From contig OX597814.1 in NCBI GenBank assembly GCA_951406725.2, forward strand, positions 40,610,001-40,674,000: DNA of 64,000 nucleotides, in the 5' to 3' direction. Origin of the DNA: Octopus vulgaris. Its lineage: Eukaryota. Below, in pieces: positions 12,292-24,410 of this stretch. Numbering within the stretch: position 1 is the stretch's first letter; every line of letters begins with the position of its first letter. Made by a program: the position numbers and the translations under genes. The notes beneath the pieces were generated by a model that searched no databases, was not told the origin of the DNA, and was given only the letters and a program-made list of their open reading frames with translations.

Positions 12292-14124
12292 CGTACCTAC
12301 ATGCATGTACCCACATAGGTATTACACAGCAATACTTACTGCTGAAGTTCCTCTATGATGTTTTAGAATATAGTAATCCTTCGCCATATCGCTGTTCACA
12401 TTTCGCTGTTTATTATTTAAGCCTACGTCCATTCCTTCGTGGTGATGTTTTGAATTTATAATAGAATATATATATATAAACAAATTATAAAAATAAATAA
12501 AAAAAATATACAGTATAATACTTTTTTCTATTTCGCGGAGTTTCACATATTGCTGGGCGGTTTGGAACGTTGCACCAGCGATAGTTGAGGAATTACTGTA
12601 TTTCATTAAATTTTATTTCTGAAAATTGCCCAGCCCAAAAGCTTTCGCTAAATTGAAGAATATTTGTGTATTTTGATTGTTACCTATATAAGACTAATCA
12701 CTGCAGTATTCAATAAATTATATTTTGTCTCAATCGCTCTATACATACATATTTCCATGTACAAGAGCGTATTTATAAGCAACGAATTGTGTGAGATGGA
12801 TTTTTTTCACAAAGTTTTAATAGTTTTTACCTATTTTTATCAGTCCGTGTTTTCACTCTGAGAGTAAAACTATTTTAAACACACAATATTGCAACAAAGT
12901 TCTACATTGATATAGTATGCATTGGGGGATGTTTGGTTACTGAAGTTATATGACGCTGTCAAGTTTGTTGTTTTCTTTTCTTTTTTGTTACAGAACCACA
13001 GATACAGTCTATTGAATAAAAGATGCAGTGTCCATTTCCTATGAGACACAACATTATAAAGCATTGTACACTGAAGTTGTAGACGTATATGTGGACACAC
13101 ATTTTCGTTGAAAGTGTTAGAATATAGAATTGAGTTTTTCTTATGAAGCATATTTAAGACTTTTTTTTATAGTTCAAGTAGATATGATTAATTAATCACA
13201 TCGAATAAGTCCGTGGTAAAACAATATAGTTTTATTTTTTCTAAATTCCATTCTCATATTATTTTGACTATAAAATGCAGTGACGAAACATCAAAAGCTA
13301 TTTCAACACAAAAAATGGCATTGGAAAGATGCAAATTTCATATGATTTTTTCTGCAGCATTTACTTTACGTAACTGTAATTTATTTCAAAATTCCATCAT
13401 ATTTTGTTGTCAATTCATGGCATTCAAAATTGAGTAATATCTTCAGTATCAGGATGAATCTAATAGCATTGTCTGAAGACATTAACCATACGAACTCTTC
13501 TCCGTTTATTTAACAACCTTGTCATTGTGTCGTACGTTCATGTTAGATATAATACAAATCGAATATAACAAATCCAGAAAGTATATTTCTATTGGAATCA
13601 TCACCAATCATTTCACAATCACAGTATAGTAATTACAGTAATTATAAACTTACAAAGGAAAATAATGGATGCCTTTCGTTGCGCTCGTATCGATTTATTC
13701 ACCGAGATAACTGTATCAGGTAATGAAAATAACACATACGGAAAAACCTGGCATAGGTGCATGTAAACACTATCCATGTAAATAACAATTCACATTTGCA
13801 ACTAATTTCTGTGCTACAAATTAGATTTTCTCACTCTTCAAATATACATGGAATTTGTTTAGAGCAGTATCAATTAGGTCGTAACGCAGTGTAAATATGT
13901 GTTCAAGAGGAATCATATTTTACGTAGACTATTTATCCGATTTCTAAATAGGTATTTTATCTTATGGGTGTACAAAAATATTATTCAATTATAATTGGGA
14001 CTGTTTTATTATTTTAGGTAACAAGCCAAGAACATATTTGTCAGAGGTTATCAAATACAAACACATACGCGCACACATATATGCACACGCACTTTTCACT
14101 GTGTATTTCTGTCTGTCTCTCTCA

Positions 14125-14229
<105 letters not shown>

Positions 14230-15158
14230 GAGGTGTTGTTTGGACTGAGTATGTATTTATGTAAGTATGTATGCATAAAGAAATTACAATCGATAAAAGA
14301 GACAATCGATAAAATGGCAGAACGACTGTTTATTTCACGTATAGATTTGTTATTTGGTGTCAGTTGTGCCGTTGCTTAATCTCCGTCGAAGATAGTTGCG
14401 GTAGAAGAGACACAGATAAATTCACTCAAGGTTTAATTTTTTTCTCCTTTAATAGGACGAGCATTCTAGCTATCATTATTTTGTGCTAGATTTCAGTCAC
14501 TCCATATGATTTTTGGTTTAAATTAATGACTGTGAAACTGATTATTTCTGAATTTGTTCTACTAGCGGGACAGCTATTATATTGCACGTAATTTTCAGTA
14601 CTACGAAGTACGTATCGCCACTATGTCAACCACAAAATAGGCAACTATTCCGGACGTTGATTTCTGATTATATAGACTACATGATAAAACCGATTGTGCG
14701 TAGGAGCGAAGAAAATGTTTGAATGCTATAATGATTTCAATGACATATATATCTATACCTCAACGAGTTCTGGAAACCTTTCAATTTTAAAATTAAGAAT
14801 TCCATTACCCACTTGACTACTCAGTACATGCAAAGATGTATGCTGCAAACATTTATATTTCTACACGTGAACGATTAGTGTAAAATCAGACTGCAATTTA
14901 ATACAACCTTATTGTCGTTGGTTGAATACGGAAGCATATTCAACCTGACAAGAAAAAAAGGCAACACATTATATGGAACTGACAATTGACGAAGAAAATA
15001 TTTCTAAACCTGTACATAATGAAACATGTGTTAGGTGTCATGGAGGCAATAAATAAGGAAATTAAGATTTGTATATTCTGAAATATTAGTCAAATGCTAG
15101 ATTGACTCATACAATTGAATAAAAAGAATTGCGGATTATAACAGTATTCGATTATTCC

Positions 15159-15197
<39 letters not shown>

Positions 15198-15281
15198 TAT
15201 GTACGAAAATAGAAGGATGAGAATTTCTGGGCGGCCTGATTCATAATTTTGAAATCTAGTACTTTCAAAAATGAGTTTGTA

Positions 15282-15380
<99 letters not shown>

Positions 15381-15414
15381 CGCCACCACAACCACCACTA
15401 CAACTACTACCGCC

Positions 15415-15449
<35 letters not shown>

Positions 15450-15465
15450 AACAGCAACAACAACA

Positions 15466-15502
<37 letters not shown>

Positions 15503-15505
15503 TTA
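15282..15505. repeat. (TAC)n/(CAC)n trinucleotide microsatellite
   Basis: Directly visible; source of the poly-T/Y/V ORFs. Confidence 0.95.
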
Positions 15506-16099
15506 GTACTGCCGCTGCTGCTAATACTGTTGCTCTTGTTGCTATTTTTTACATATGGATCTCTTTCATACTCATTTTACTCCAGAGAACTACAACCATT
15601 TGATGAAATAATAACATCATATTGTATTCTTATTATTAGATATTATATGGAATTGTGAAACAAATCGAAACGTTTTGTGCATTAAGGAAGTGTATGCAAT
15701 TTATTGCACATAAATTTTAACAATAATATCTTATATATAAACGCAAAATATACGTCATGAAATATTTCCAAACCCTATCGAAAATTTTGTCCTCGATTAA
15801 TATAGTGCATTGTGACAAAATGACTAAAGGAAAATGAATTATCCATTCTGTAATTTAGATTGTGCCTCTAATATCAATTATATTCCTATACATTTTAATC
15901 TAAGCATTTTGAACAACAAAAGCAAACCTTTCCTGCAATTTATTACTGACAGATGGAATGTGGCCGCAAATATACTCAAGTGCTTCGAGCATACAAGATG
16001 CTTTAGAAGTATCGTAAGAATCAGGTATCCAGAAAGTTTGAAGAACAAAGACCCGATAGAGCTACGCTAAATCGGAACCTAACAAATGCGGAAATGTAT

Positions 16100-17170
16100 T
16101 AGAGTGTAGAAGGTAAAATTTGAAGGAGCTCCGAAGGATTATTAAGTAAGTATACCTTAGTTTTAGAAGCAAAAGTTGGAAATGAAAGTATTATGCTTAT
16201 TAGTCAACTGAGACGTGAAACTGAAGTTGACTCTAATGACTATTATGAAAAGAAAAGAAAAAGAAAGTTGCTTTTGTAGATTCTATCATTTACCAGTAAC
16301 TGAAACAAACTATGACAGTATACACCACTCCCCCTTATATATAGTTAAAAACATTAGGAAGAGAATTCTAGTCTCTCCTCCAATATAAATATTTTTAATA
16401 AAGTTGCTCCAATATATAATAAAGCTTTAACAGATAGTGGTTTCAGCGAGGACATAAGGACATAACCTATACACCTATCATTAGTCCAGTAGCAAAGAAA
16501 AGGGAGAATATGAATAGGAAAATGATCTATTTCACACCACCTTTAATATAGGTAGATACTTCTTGTATCTTATAAATAGGAATTTTCCGATCAATAATAA
16601 TTATAGAGAGCTCTTTAAGAGGCATAACTTCAAAATTAGTATTAGTTCTACTACTAACTTTAAAAATATATTATTGAACACAACAAACAAAAACAACTAA
16701 ATGAAGCCGGCTGTTCTTGCAGAGTTAAACATTTGTGCCCGCTAAATGCAGCTTGTATGACCCAGGCCAACATTTAGGAAGCCACCGTGGAATCTACAAC
16801 AATTAAGAACATAGTACCGTCAAAGAAATATGTGGGTCTCAATGAGGGAAGTTTTAACGCCAGGTTCAACAACCACACGTTAAGCTTCAGACATAGGATA
16901 AAAGGAAAACTTCCAAATTATCTACTTATATATGGTCCTCAAAAGAAAAAGGTGTCAACTATAAGATTCACTGGAAGATCTTGGCGAATTGTAGGCCTTA
17001 CACCAACGGCAGTAGAAAGTGCGGTCTTTGCGATATGGAAAGATGGCTTATCTGGAAAAGTTCTTTAAACCTCGCTACGTGTATAAATACAAGAACTGAA
17101 CTTTTTGGATCATGACCACATACGGCAAAACATTTCCTACGTTTTTGCACTTCCCAAGTTCACAGATAGA
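16100..17170 (+). pseudogene. Decayed Naiad-like PLE ORF (RT thumb, linker, GIY-YIG endonuclease)
   Basis: Fragments VKNIRKRI/SLSSNINIFNKVAPIYNKALTDSGFSED, GCSCRVKHLCPLNAACM, KKYVGLNEGSFNARFNNHTLSFRH and RKCGLCDMER...INTRTELFGS*PHTAKH are all collinear with the 20391-21539 protein. Confidence 0.85.
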
Positions 17171-17589
17171 ACCTATTTTTATATTATGTCCACGTACAAG
17201 CCTTCCATATGTCTTAACATCTCTTATAGATTTATATACATTTTATTACTTCATATATATTTTTATGTATATTATTTTCACCCTTTAAAATTATGTAACT
17301 TATACGCGTGTACTATATACCTAATGTATATGTGCGTGCATATATACATGTGTGCAAATGATTGTATGTATACGAGTGCAAGACTCTACATTGGTCTTCT
17401 TCCTTCATACACACATATATCTATGTATGCATACTTATTTGCCTGCAGGTGTAGATATGTTTGTCAGACTGGCGGGTGCGTTTGTGTATATACATATATA
17501 ACATATTTCTATATTCAAGTTTTGCGGCGAAGGTGAATGTTTTACGGTTTATGCGCTTTTTTGCGTATGAGTTTTTATTTGTGTTAATG

Positions 17590-17776
17590 CAGTTCTATAT
17601 TTAAGAGAGGAGGAATTATATAGATTATTTACATTTTGACGTATTTTGTCCTCATCCTCTTTGTTGTTAACACAACGTTACGGCTGATATACCCTCCAGC
17701 CTTCACCATGTGTCTTGAGGAAATTTCGAACCTAGGTTCTCATTCATAAGGTACTTGTCGATGTTGTTGTTGTTGA

Positions 17777-17843
<67 letters not shown>

Positions 17844-17850
17844 TTTATTC

Positions 17851-17898
<48 letters not shown>

Positions 17899-17900
17899 GT
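17590..17900 (-). mobile_element. tRNA/HHR SINE, headless inverted copy
   Basis: The reverse complement matches the 18048-18179 and 42121-42260 tails. The (TTA)n tract is the internal (AAT)n linker. Confidence 0.75.
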
Positions 17901-17914
17901 ATTAAACTATTTGC

Positions 17915-18179
17915 TCGCGGGCATATGGCGTATTGGTTAAGAGCGCGGACTACTAACCAAAAGAATCAGAGTTCGATTCCAGGCAGTGAACTGAATAATA
18001 ATAATAATTATAATAATAACAACAACAGCAAGATCAAAAAATAAAATACCTTAGGAATGAGAACCCGCGTTGGAAACTTCCTCAAGACACCTGATGAGGG
18101 TATATCAGCTTAAACGTTGAGTTAACAAGAAACAAGATGGGGGTAAAATCTGTCAAAAGGAAAATAATGTAAATAATGT
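17915..18179 (+). mobile_element. tRNA-headed SINE with hammerhead-containing tail
   Basis: A box TGGCGTATTGG (~17926), anticodon-like loop CTACTAA, B box GAGTTCGATTCC (~17969), (AAT)n linker, then GACAC-CTGATGA...AAACGTT-GAGTT. Confidence 0.8.
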
Positions 18180-18661
18180 TTTTATTTGTTTTTATTTTTG
18201 TCTGAGAGGCGTGTGTATTTGTGTGTGTCTCTCTCTATATATATATATAACTCATTTGTATAATCAAGTTTTATGGCGGAGGTGAATGTTTTACGGTATA
18301 TGCTATTTTTGCGTGTTTTATTTGTATATACGTCTATCCGCGTATATATGAGCATGTGTGTATAGATTATGCTTTGTATATTCGCGGGTGTGAGTATAGA
18401 GATGTGTATATCAATGTCTGATGAGTGCGTTTTTGCGTATGTGTTTACATTTGTATATACTATTTTTCTACGTATGTATATGCATATGTGTATAAACTAT
18501 GTTTTGTATATCCGTGAATCTATGTGAGTGTGCATCTAGAGATTTATATATGAGCTTAGACATGTGTGCATGAGTATATATGCGTGTGTATGTGCTTATA
18601 TGCGAAGATATATATGTATATGTGTGTTTGTATGTACATGTATTCGCGCGTGTGAGTATGT

Positions 18662-18765
<104 letters not shown>

Positions 18766-18889
18766 GTGCGTATATGCATGTGTGTGTATATGTGTGCCTA
18801 TAGGTATCTATGAATGAAGTATTACCTTCACCATGCCTATTGGAGTAATTTCCCTTTATTTAACGGTTTTTTGATAGCGTTTTCCCTTA

Positions 18890-19008
18890 ATAAATGAGAT
18901 GACGGAGCAGATATCAGCCCCGGTATCCAAATATTTATAGGTAAATTCCTCTATTTTACATAATATCGAAGGCTCATAGATTCTTGTGTTGTCACAATAT
19001 TATTAATA
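18890..19008 (+). mobile_element. Degenerate copy of the 7306-7475 terminal repeat
   Basis: GAGATGACGG...CAGCCCCGGTATCCAAA followed by TTCCTCTATTTTACATAATATCGAAGG...TGTTGTC. Confidence 0.45.
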
Positions 19009-19011
19009 TAC

Positions 19012-19178
19012 CACGTTCTGAGTTTAAATTGCCCCGAGGTCGACTTTGCCTTCCATCCTTTCGGGGTCGATTAAATATATACCAGTTACGCACTGGGGTC
19101 GATGTAATCAACTTAATCCATTTGTCTGTTTTTGTCTGTTCTCTCTGTGTTTAGCTCCTTGTGGATAGCTAAGAAAAA
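19012..19178 (+). mobile_element. SINE fragment (GTCGACTTTGCCTTTCATCCTTTCGGGGTCGAT family)
   Basis: Same body as the 56777-57395 copies, in opposite orientation. Confidence 0.8.
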
Positions 19179-19213
19179 AATGTTTTTAATATATACATAT
19201 ACATACATACATG

Positions 19214-19307
<94 letters not shown>

Positions 19308-19336
19308 CTTTATTTTAAGCAGTAGAAAATTCAACA

Positions 19337-19383
19337 AAATCTGTTACTCTGAGTTTCTCGTTGCCGTTCATCAGACAGTTTTT
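19337..19383 (-). ncRNA. Type-I hammerhead ribozyme, near canonical
   Basis: Minus strand: AAAAACTGT-CTGATGA-ACGGCAACGA-GAAAC-TCAGA-GTA-ACAGATTTT. Full core, GUA cleavage triplet, stem I CTGT/ACAG plus extension, quasi-palindromic stem III ACTCAGAGT, weak stem II. Confidence 0.8.
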
Positions 19384-20390
19384 GCTAGAATGGAACTTAT
19401 ATATTAATTCAATCTATACTCTTACAAACGCTACACCTTTAAAAAGAAATGGACTTGTTTGATTGGCCCTTTAGAAAAAAACTGTCAATCTTCGAGCGAT
19501 AAACAAAAAGGTCAAAAATATATGTATATATATATAAAAAAACTTATAAAATTTATAAAATCCGAGGAAAAAACCGAGGAAAAAACCTATTGCCGTTAAT
19601 GAAGACAGTACAAATTAATGCATAGAAATTAAACCTGTTATAAATACTGCAATACATATTTATATTAAAATCCACATATATATATCAACATACACAAAAG
19701 GATGCGCGTAAACGCCATACATACATATACAGACGTATGAATATGAATCTAAATTATACACATAAAAGCATGTGTACATATATTGACGCAAACCGTCTCG
19801 CACGCAAGCTAAAATTCATCTATGTAGCAATTCTCATATACTGAGCAAGGAGAGGGAACGAAAGAAAGGGAAAGAGAGAAAAAAGAAACGAAGGAGGGGT
19901 GGGGAAAAACTTGTAGCGATGTTATTGGCATCTATAGAGGCCAGTATACATACACAAGTTTGAATTGATACATATACATACCGTCGTGTGTATGCGTGCT
20001 TAAGCACAAGCATACATTCACTTACACATACACAGATACGCAAGCTTACAAATACATATGCTTTGCTATACACAAACTTATATAAACATTCTAAATTTGA
20101 CAACATTGCTTTTTTTTAAAAAAAACATTGCTTTTAAAAAATGGGTGCATTAATAAAAATATATACGAAAGACATATAAAATAAAATATAACATCCTATT
20201 TTGGGTCATTTATAAATAATCAAGGTAATATAAATAATCAAGGTAATCCTATGCAATACAATAACATGAAAAACAAAGTTTGTAGGTTTTTCCTAATATA
20301 TATGTAGAAACAATAAGACTTTGCTATAGGTCCGTCGTAGCGCTCAAGAGTCAAAATCAAAATCAAAAATCAAAATACAAAATATATACT

Positions 20391-21539
20391 CTATCCATAT
20401 GGTATATTTATATTCGACATTTTAAATTTAGCCGCGTGCCTACATAAGTTCATTAACTCACTTCTTTGATTCAAAGAATTATTGTCTTTGAATAATATGT
20501 GCATTTTCTCTAATAAGCAAAGCCTGCACTTGAAATTATATTTGTAAGCTCCATGCCTGTATGGTGCCGCCCTGTCCAGAATGCTCCATGTCACGTTGAA
20601 AGGTGGGGCTTCCTTTTCTTTTAGTTCCCAGACATATTTTGCTAGGCTGGTTTTCTTCCTATTCTCTGGGTATTTAAAAGAATTCTTATGAGAATAAAAT
20701 CTTGTTTTAAATGAATTTTCTGAAGCCCCTGTGTATGTCTTGTATTCCGATGAGCCTTCCACTTGCACCTTGGCTCTATAAACTACTCCTTTCACTAGAC
20801 ATTTCCCTTCTAACGGACAGGAGCTTTCGTTTTTGTAATTACATTTCTTAATGGGCTCGGCACCATGTCTAATATCAATTAGCTTCCTATTATGTTGGCT
20901 AATGTAAGAGGCGAAATTTCTGCAACAAGAATAGCTAACATTCAGGGTTCTTCTATTAAATATTCTGTAGAATTTATGACCCTGCTTAAGATGTTTAGAG
21001 ACTAATCTCAAAAATTCCTTACCTATATTAGTCATTACGGCCAAATTGAAAGCCGGGTTGAACCACAAAACTGTCCCGGTCCTAGTTCTTCGTGCAGCAT
21101 TATTATTAGCATTAAGCTGGTTGAACTGGATCTTCTCCGAGAATCCACTATTCTTTAATGCGCTATCGTAATAAGGTGCAGCATTATGGAATGCTGCCTC
21201 GTCCGAAGAAATTGAAGATATTCTTCTACCTACATTGCTGACTAAGTTGCTAAGGATAACTGGTGGATGGTTCGAATCTTTGCTAATATACGATAGCTTT
21301 TCATTGGGCTTACGGAAAGGTTTAAATCTATCCGATCTTACATTAAAATTTACGTCTAAAAAATCTACACTATTCAGGTTAGTATCTATCGTAATCCGTA
21401 AGCCCAACCTTTGAAAGAAAGCTATAAGGTCCTTCCTAAGTCTATCTGATTCATGGCCGTTTAGATTATGCGTGGCTATAAGGCCGTCATCCCTATATAG
21501 ACCTGCATCTATAAATGGGAATTCCCATTTAGTCAGCAA
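20391..21539 (-). CDS. PLE reverse transcriptase C-terminal half + GIY-YIG endonuclease (5'-truncated; first ~6 aa come from the inversion junction)
   Basis: Uninterrupted 382-aa frame with GLYRDDGL, VDFLDVNF, SNHPP, WFNPAF, CNY..CPLEGKCL, VVY...YTGASENSFKTRFYSH, CRLCLLEK and LNQRSELMNLCRH. Confidence 0.9.
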   Translation of the reverse strand: MLTKWEFPFIDAGLYRDDGLIATHNLNGHESDRLRKDLIAFFQRLGLRITIDTNLNSVDFLDVNFNVRSDRFKPFRKPNEKLSYISKDSNHPPVILSNLVSNVGRRISSISSDEAAFHNAAPYYDSALKNSGFSEKIQFNQLNANNNAARRTRTGTVLWFNPAFNLAVMTNIGKEFLRLVSKHLKQGHKFYRIFNRRTLNVSYSCCRNFASYISQHNRKLIDIRHGAEPIKKCNYKNESSCPLEGKCLVKGVVYRAKVQVEGSSEYKTYTGASENSFKTRFYSHKNSFKYPENRKKTSLAKYVWELKEKEAPPFNVTWSILDRAAPYRHGAYKYNFKCRLCLLEKMHILFKDNNSLNQRSELMNLCRHAAKFKMSNINIPYG

Positions 21540-21729
21540 TGTAGGTAGAAGAATATCTTCAATTTCTTCGGACGAGGCAGCATTCCATAATGCTGCACCT
21601 TATTACGATAGCGCATTAAAGAATAGTGGATTCTCGGAGAAGATCCAGTTCAACCAGCTTAATGCTAATAATAATGCTGCACTAAGAACTAGGACCAGGA
21701 CAGTTTTGTGGTTCAACCCGGCTTTCAAT
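21045..21729. repeat. 201-bp inverted duplication (21045-21245 / 21529-21729) with 283-bp spacer
   Basis: Arms differ at about 2 positions; the same peptide appears in ORFs on both strands. Confidence 0.95.
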
Positions 21730-22103
21730 ATACAATATATTGTATATATACAATATATACAATATACTTGGTGGTACATTTAAGGTTTGCAAAAATAAAT
21801 ATGGTAGCCTAATATTTACTTTCAGAGTATAAGTAACTGTCTAGTTCGATTAATCGGATTTTACATAGTCATTCTTGTTATATATTTTTTAAATACTTTC
21901 TTCTCACTCACTTGGTCTTTTCTTCATCATCTTGCTGAATCAACCGTTTCTTTTATTTTCTCAGAAATTCAGTTACTTCAATAATTCTCCCTTACGACTT
22001 GTATTATTAATGTCACTTTGCACATAGTCCTGAATACCGCTACTAAAAAAAGTATTCTTCGAAAAACAATAAATATCCCATAAAGTTGTACCATTGTTAG
22101 TGC

Positions 22104-22470
22104 AAGCATGGCAATGTGGTTAAGAAGCACGTTTTGGAACCATTTGGTTTCTAATTCATTTTCAGTGCGTGCTTTCTCAGGCAAGTCTCTGCTACAGCCG
22201 CTGACCGATAAATCACTTCTGAGAGAATTTAATAGACGGAAACTTTGTAGAAGGCTATCAGGTATGTATATTTATGTATCTGTGTCTTTGTTTTCGTACC
22301 CCACCCAGAAGCACATCCAATATTATTAATTAGTTGATTCCCTCGTGACGTTGCAGTTCCACAAAACAAACTGACTAATATAAGAAGCAAACTTTTAAAA
22401 TATTAGTACTGGAATCGATTTCTTCAAACAAACATTTGAAGGTGGTGCCCCGGCATGTCCGTAGCTTTAT
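22104..22470 (+). mobile_element. tRNA-derived SINE
   Basis: Head CATGGCAATGTGGTTAAGAAGC, body TAGACGGAAACT, tail GAAGGTGGTGCCCCGGCATG. Confidence 0.65.
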
Positions 22471-24194
22471 GATTAATATATATAAAATACATTATTGGAG
22501 TGTTATCCATCTTAAGTGTAACAAACTATAATTTTATCGAAATACTCTCCTAGAGTATGTTTCACTGTTTATTGAGAACGAAATATTCTTGGGTATTAAA
22601 ATGAGCTTTTGAACCTAGACATATCTCTTATATACACATTTCTAAATTCCTGTGGATTCTAAGTAGACTGCTTTTAACAATAACGTGTAATATTATTGTT
22701 CTTTATTATAATACTATTTAAAAAAATACTTTCCATGAATTAATGGCATCTTAGTATGGCGCCTGATGAATTCTGTTGTATTTTTATCTACTTGTAGGTA
22801 TTCGAATATATTTGATTTACTTCAAAGAGAAATTATATAATTTAATGTTACTCTGTGAGTTTGTATTAATATCCTACACATGATTACTTTAACTAAAAGA
22901 ATTCTTTATTTTGTTTATATGTATGTATGTATGTATATGTATGTACGCGTGTGTGTGATTTTCACATTATATGCATTCTACGTAACCATGTATATTTTGC
23001 TGATATGTATAAAATAAACTTAAGAAGTAACCGTATGAATACACAAAATATGCCTTGTACTAATCTTCTATTAGACTTCATTTTACTTTACTCTTCCCCT
23101 ACAGAAATCTAACGTGTTACATTGGTACAATTTAAAGATAAAGTTATTAACGTTACTATCGATGTCGAAATGAAAAGCGAACTGTTATTTAATCTTGCTT
23201 GCAGCATTCAAAAGTATGAAACATCTTGTAGGTCATATCCTTTTGAAACTGTATTCATAGACTCACAGCAAGACATTCATGAAAACACAGAGTGAAATAT
23301 ATCAAAATGAAGATATTGCCGGTAAATCTCAGCAGTGAACCGTAATCTATTTTCTGAAATCATTTAATTAACCAGAGGAAATATTTATGGTTGAGTTAAT
23401 TTGAATTTCTATGAAACTTTCAGAATATTACTTTAGACTGGTTTAGGCTATGCACAAAAAAACAGCAGTTGTATAGGAAATAAAACATAATTCCTGATTA
23501 AATTTAAAGAACATAATGATGATGCTTGAAAGAAATGTGATGACGTATGATTTAGGAATTTATCATATCTTTGCATTCAATAGTTTGTATATTCCATTTT
23601 TTATAATATTAGATTTATTTTCAGTAACATTTGACACACTGAGTGGTGCAAAGCCGTCCACAAGAGGTCATTTGGGCAATCATTATAGCCGACTAAGCTT
23701 TATGCTAATATATTGTAGATTATAGAAAATTATGATACCGATTAGCTCACTCAGTTGTAGACACTTAAGTCATCGTGAATGATGTTCTGTTATATTTGAA
23801 ATTACTTTAAAAATTTTTACTAACACTGATTCTCTCAAAATTTATGAACAGAGTTCGAAATTTGATGTGCACTCTTGAACATTATCACTATTACAGCCCA
23901 GAGCACATTTGGTAAAAGATAAGTTCTGCACTGTACTAATCTTCCGCGAAAATCTTCACCCTTTTTCAATTCTTTATAATTTTTTGCTCCTCTCAGGTAA
24001 ACTTTTTGGTTTCCATGCACCTGTAAATTGATCCTACTATTCCCTTGATCACATTTTGTCCTCTCCCAAAATTCTCTTTTTCTAAAGACAAATTGTCAGA
24101 AATATCACTTCGGCATATGCGTTAAAAAATAATAACATGTATGTCAAACGTTCATTTGATTCTCTTTCCTTTGCAATATTTATTGACCATATAA

Positions 24195-24410
24195 TGTGGC
24201 AAGCTTGCAGAAGTGTTAACACAACGGACAAAGTGTTTAGCGGCATTTCGTCCGTGTTTACGATATGTGCTCAAATTCAGCGGTGGTCAGCATTGCCTTT
24301 CATCCTTCTGGGTAGATAAAAGAAGTACCATTTGATCACTGGCGTGGATGAAATCGCGTTGATCCCTCTCCACAAGTTTCTGGTACTGTGCAAAAATTTG
24401 AAAAAAATAT
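24195..24410 (+). mobile_element. SINE (same family as 56777-57395), decayed
   Basis: TTAGCGGCATTTCGTCCG...TTGCCTTTCATCCTTCTGGGTAGATAAAA...GTACCA. Confidence 0.75.

Larger units (their letters stand above)
19309..21729 (-). mobile_element. Young 5'-truncated, 5'-inverted Penelope-like element (Naiad-like)
   Basis: Contains the ORF at 20391-21520, a ~1-kb 3' UTR, a canonical HHR at 19337-19383, a short tail ending AATAAAG next to (TA)n, and an inverted duplication at 21529-21729. Confidence 0.85.

Noticed and set aside
15271-15603. Thr-rich ORF with hydrophobic tail resembling a mucin (also 31180-31494)
   Set aside because: Pure (ACT)n microsatellite with no signal peptide or splice context.
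17350-17390. ATGA...GA SECIS-like stem downstream of the TGA at 17113
   Set aside because: Helix too short, no apical AA motif, low-complexity context.
17915-17990. Functional tRNA gene
   Set aside because: No acceptor-stem closure or poly-T terminator; it continues into a repeat tail, so it is a SINE head.
20290-20345. Minus-strand ACGA-N12-AAA SECIS-like spacing after the PLE stop codon
   Set aside because: No complementary 3' arm with GA, and this ORF fragment has no in-frame TGA.
21472-21783. 103-aa plus-strand ORF with PLE similarity
   Set aside because: By-product of the inverted duplication, not an independent gene.
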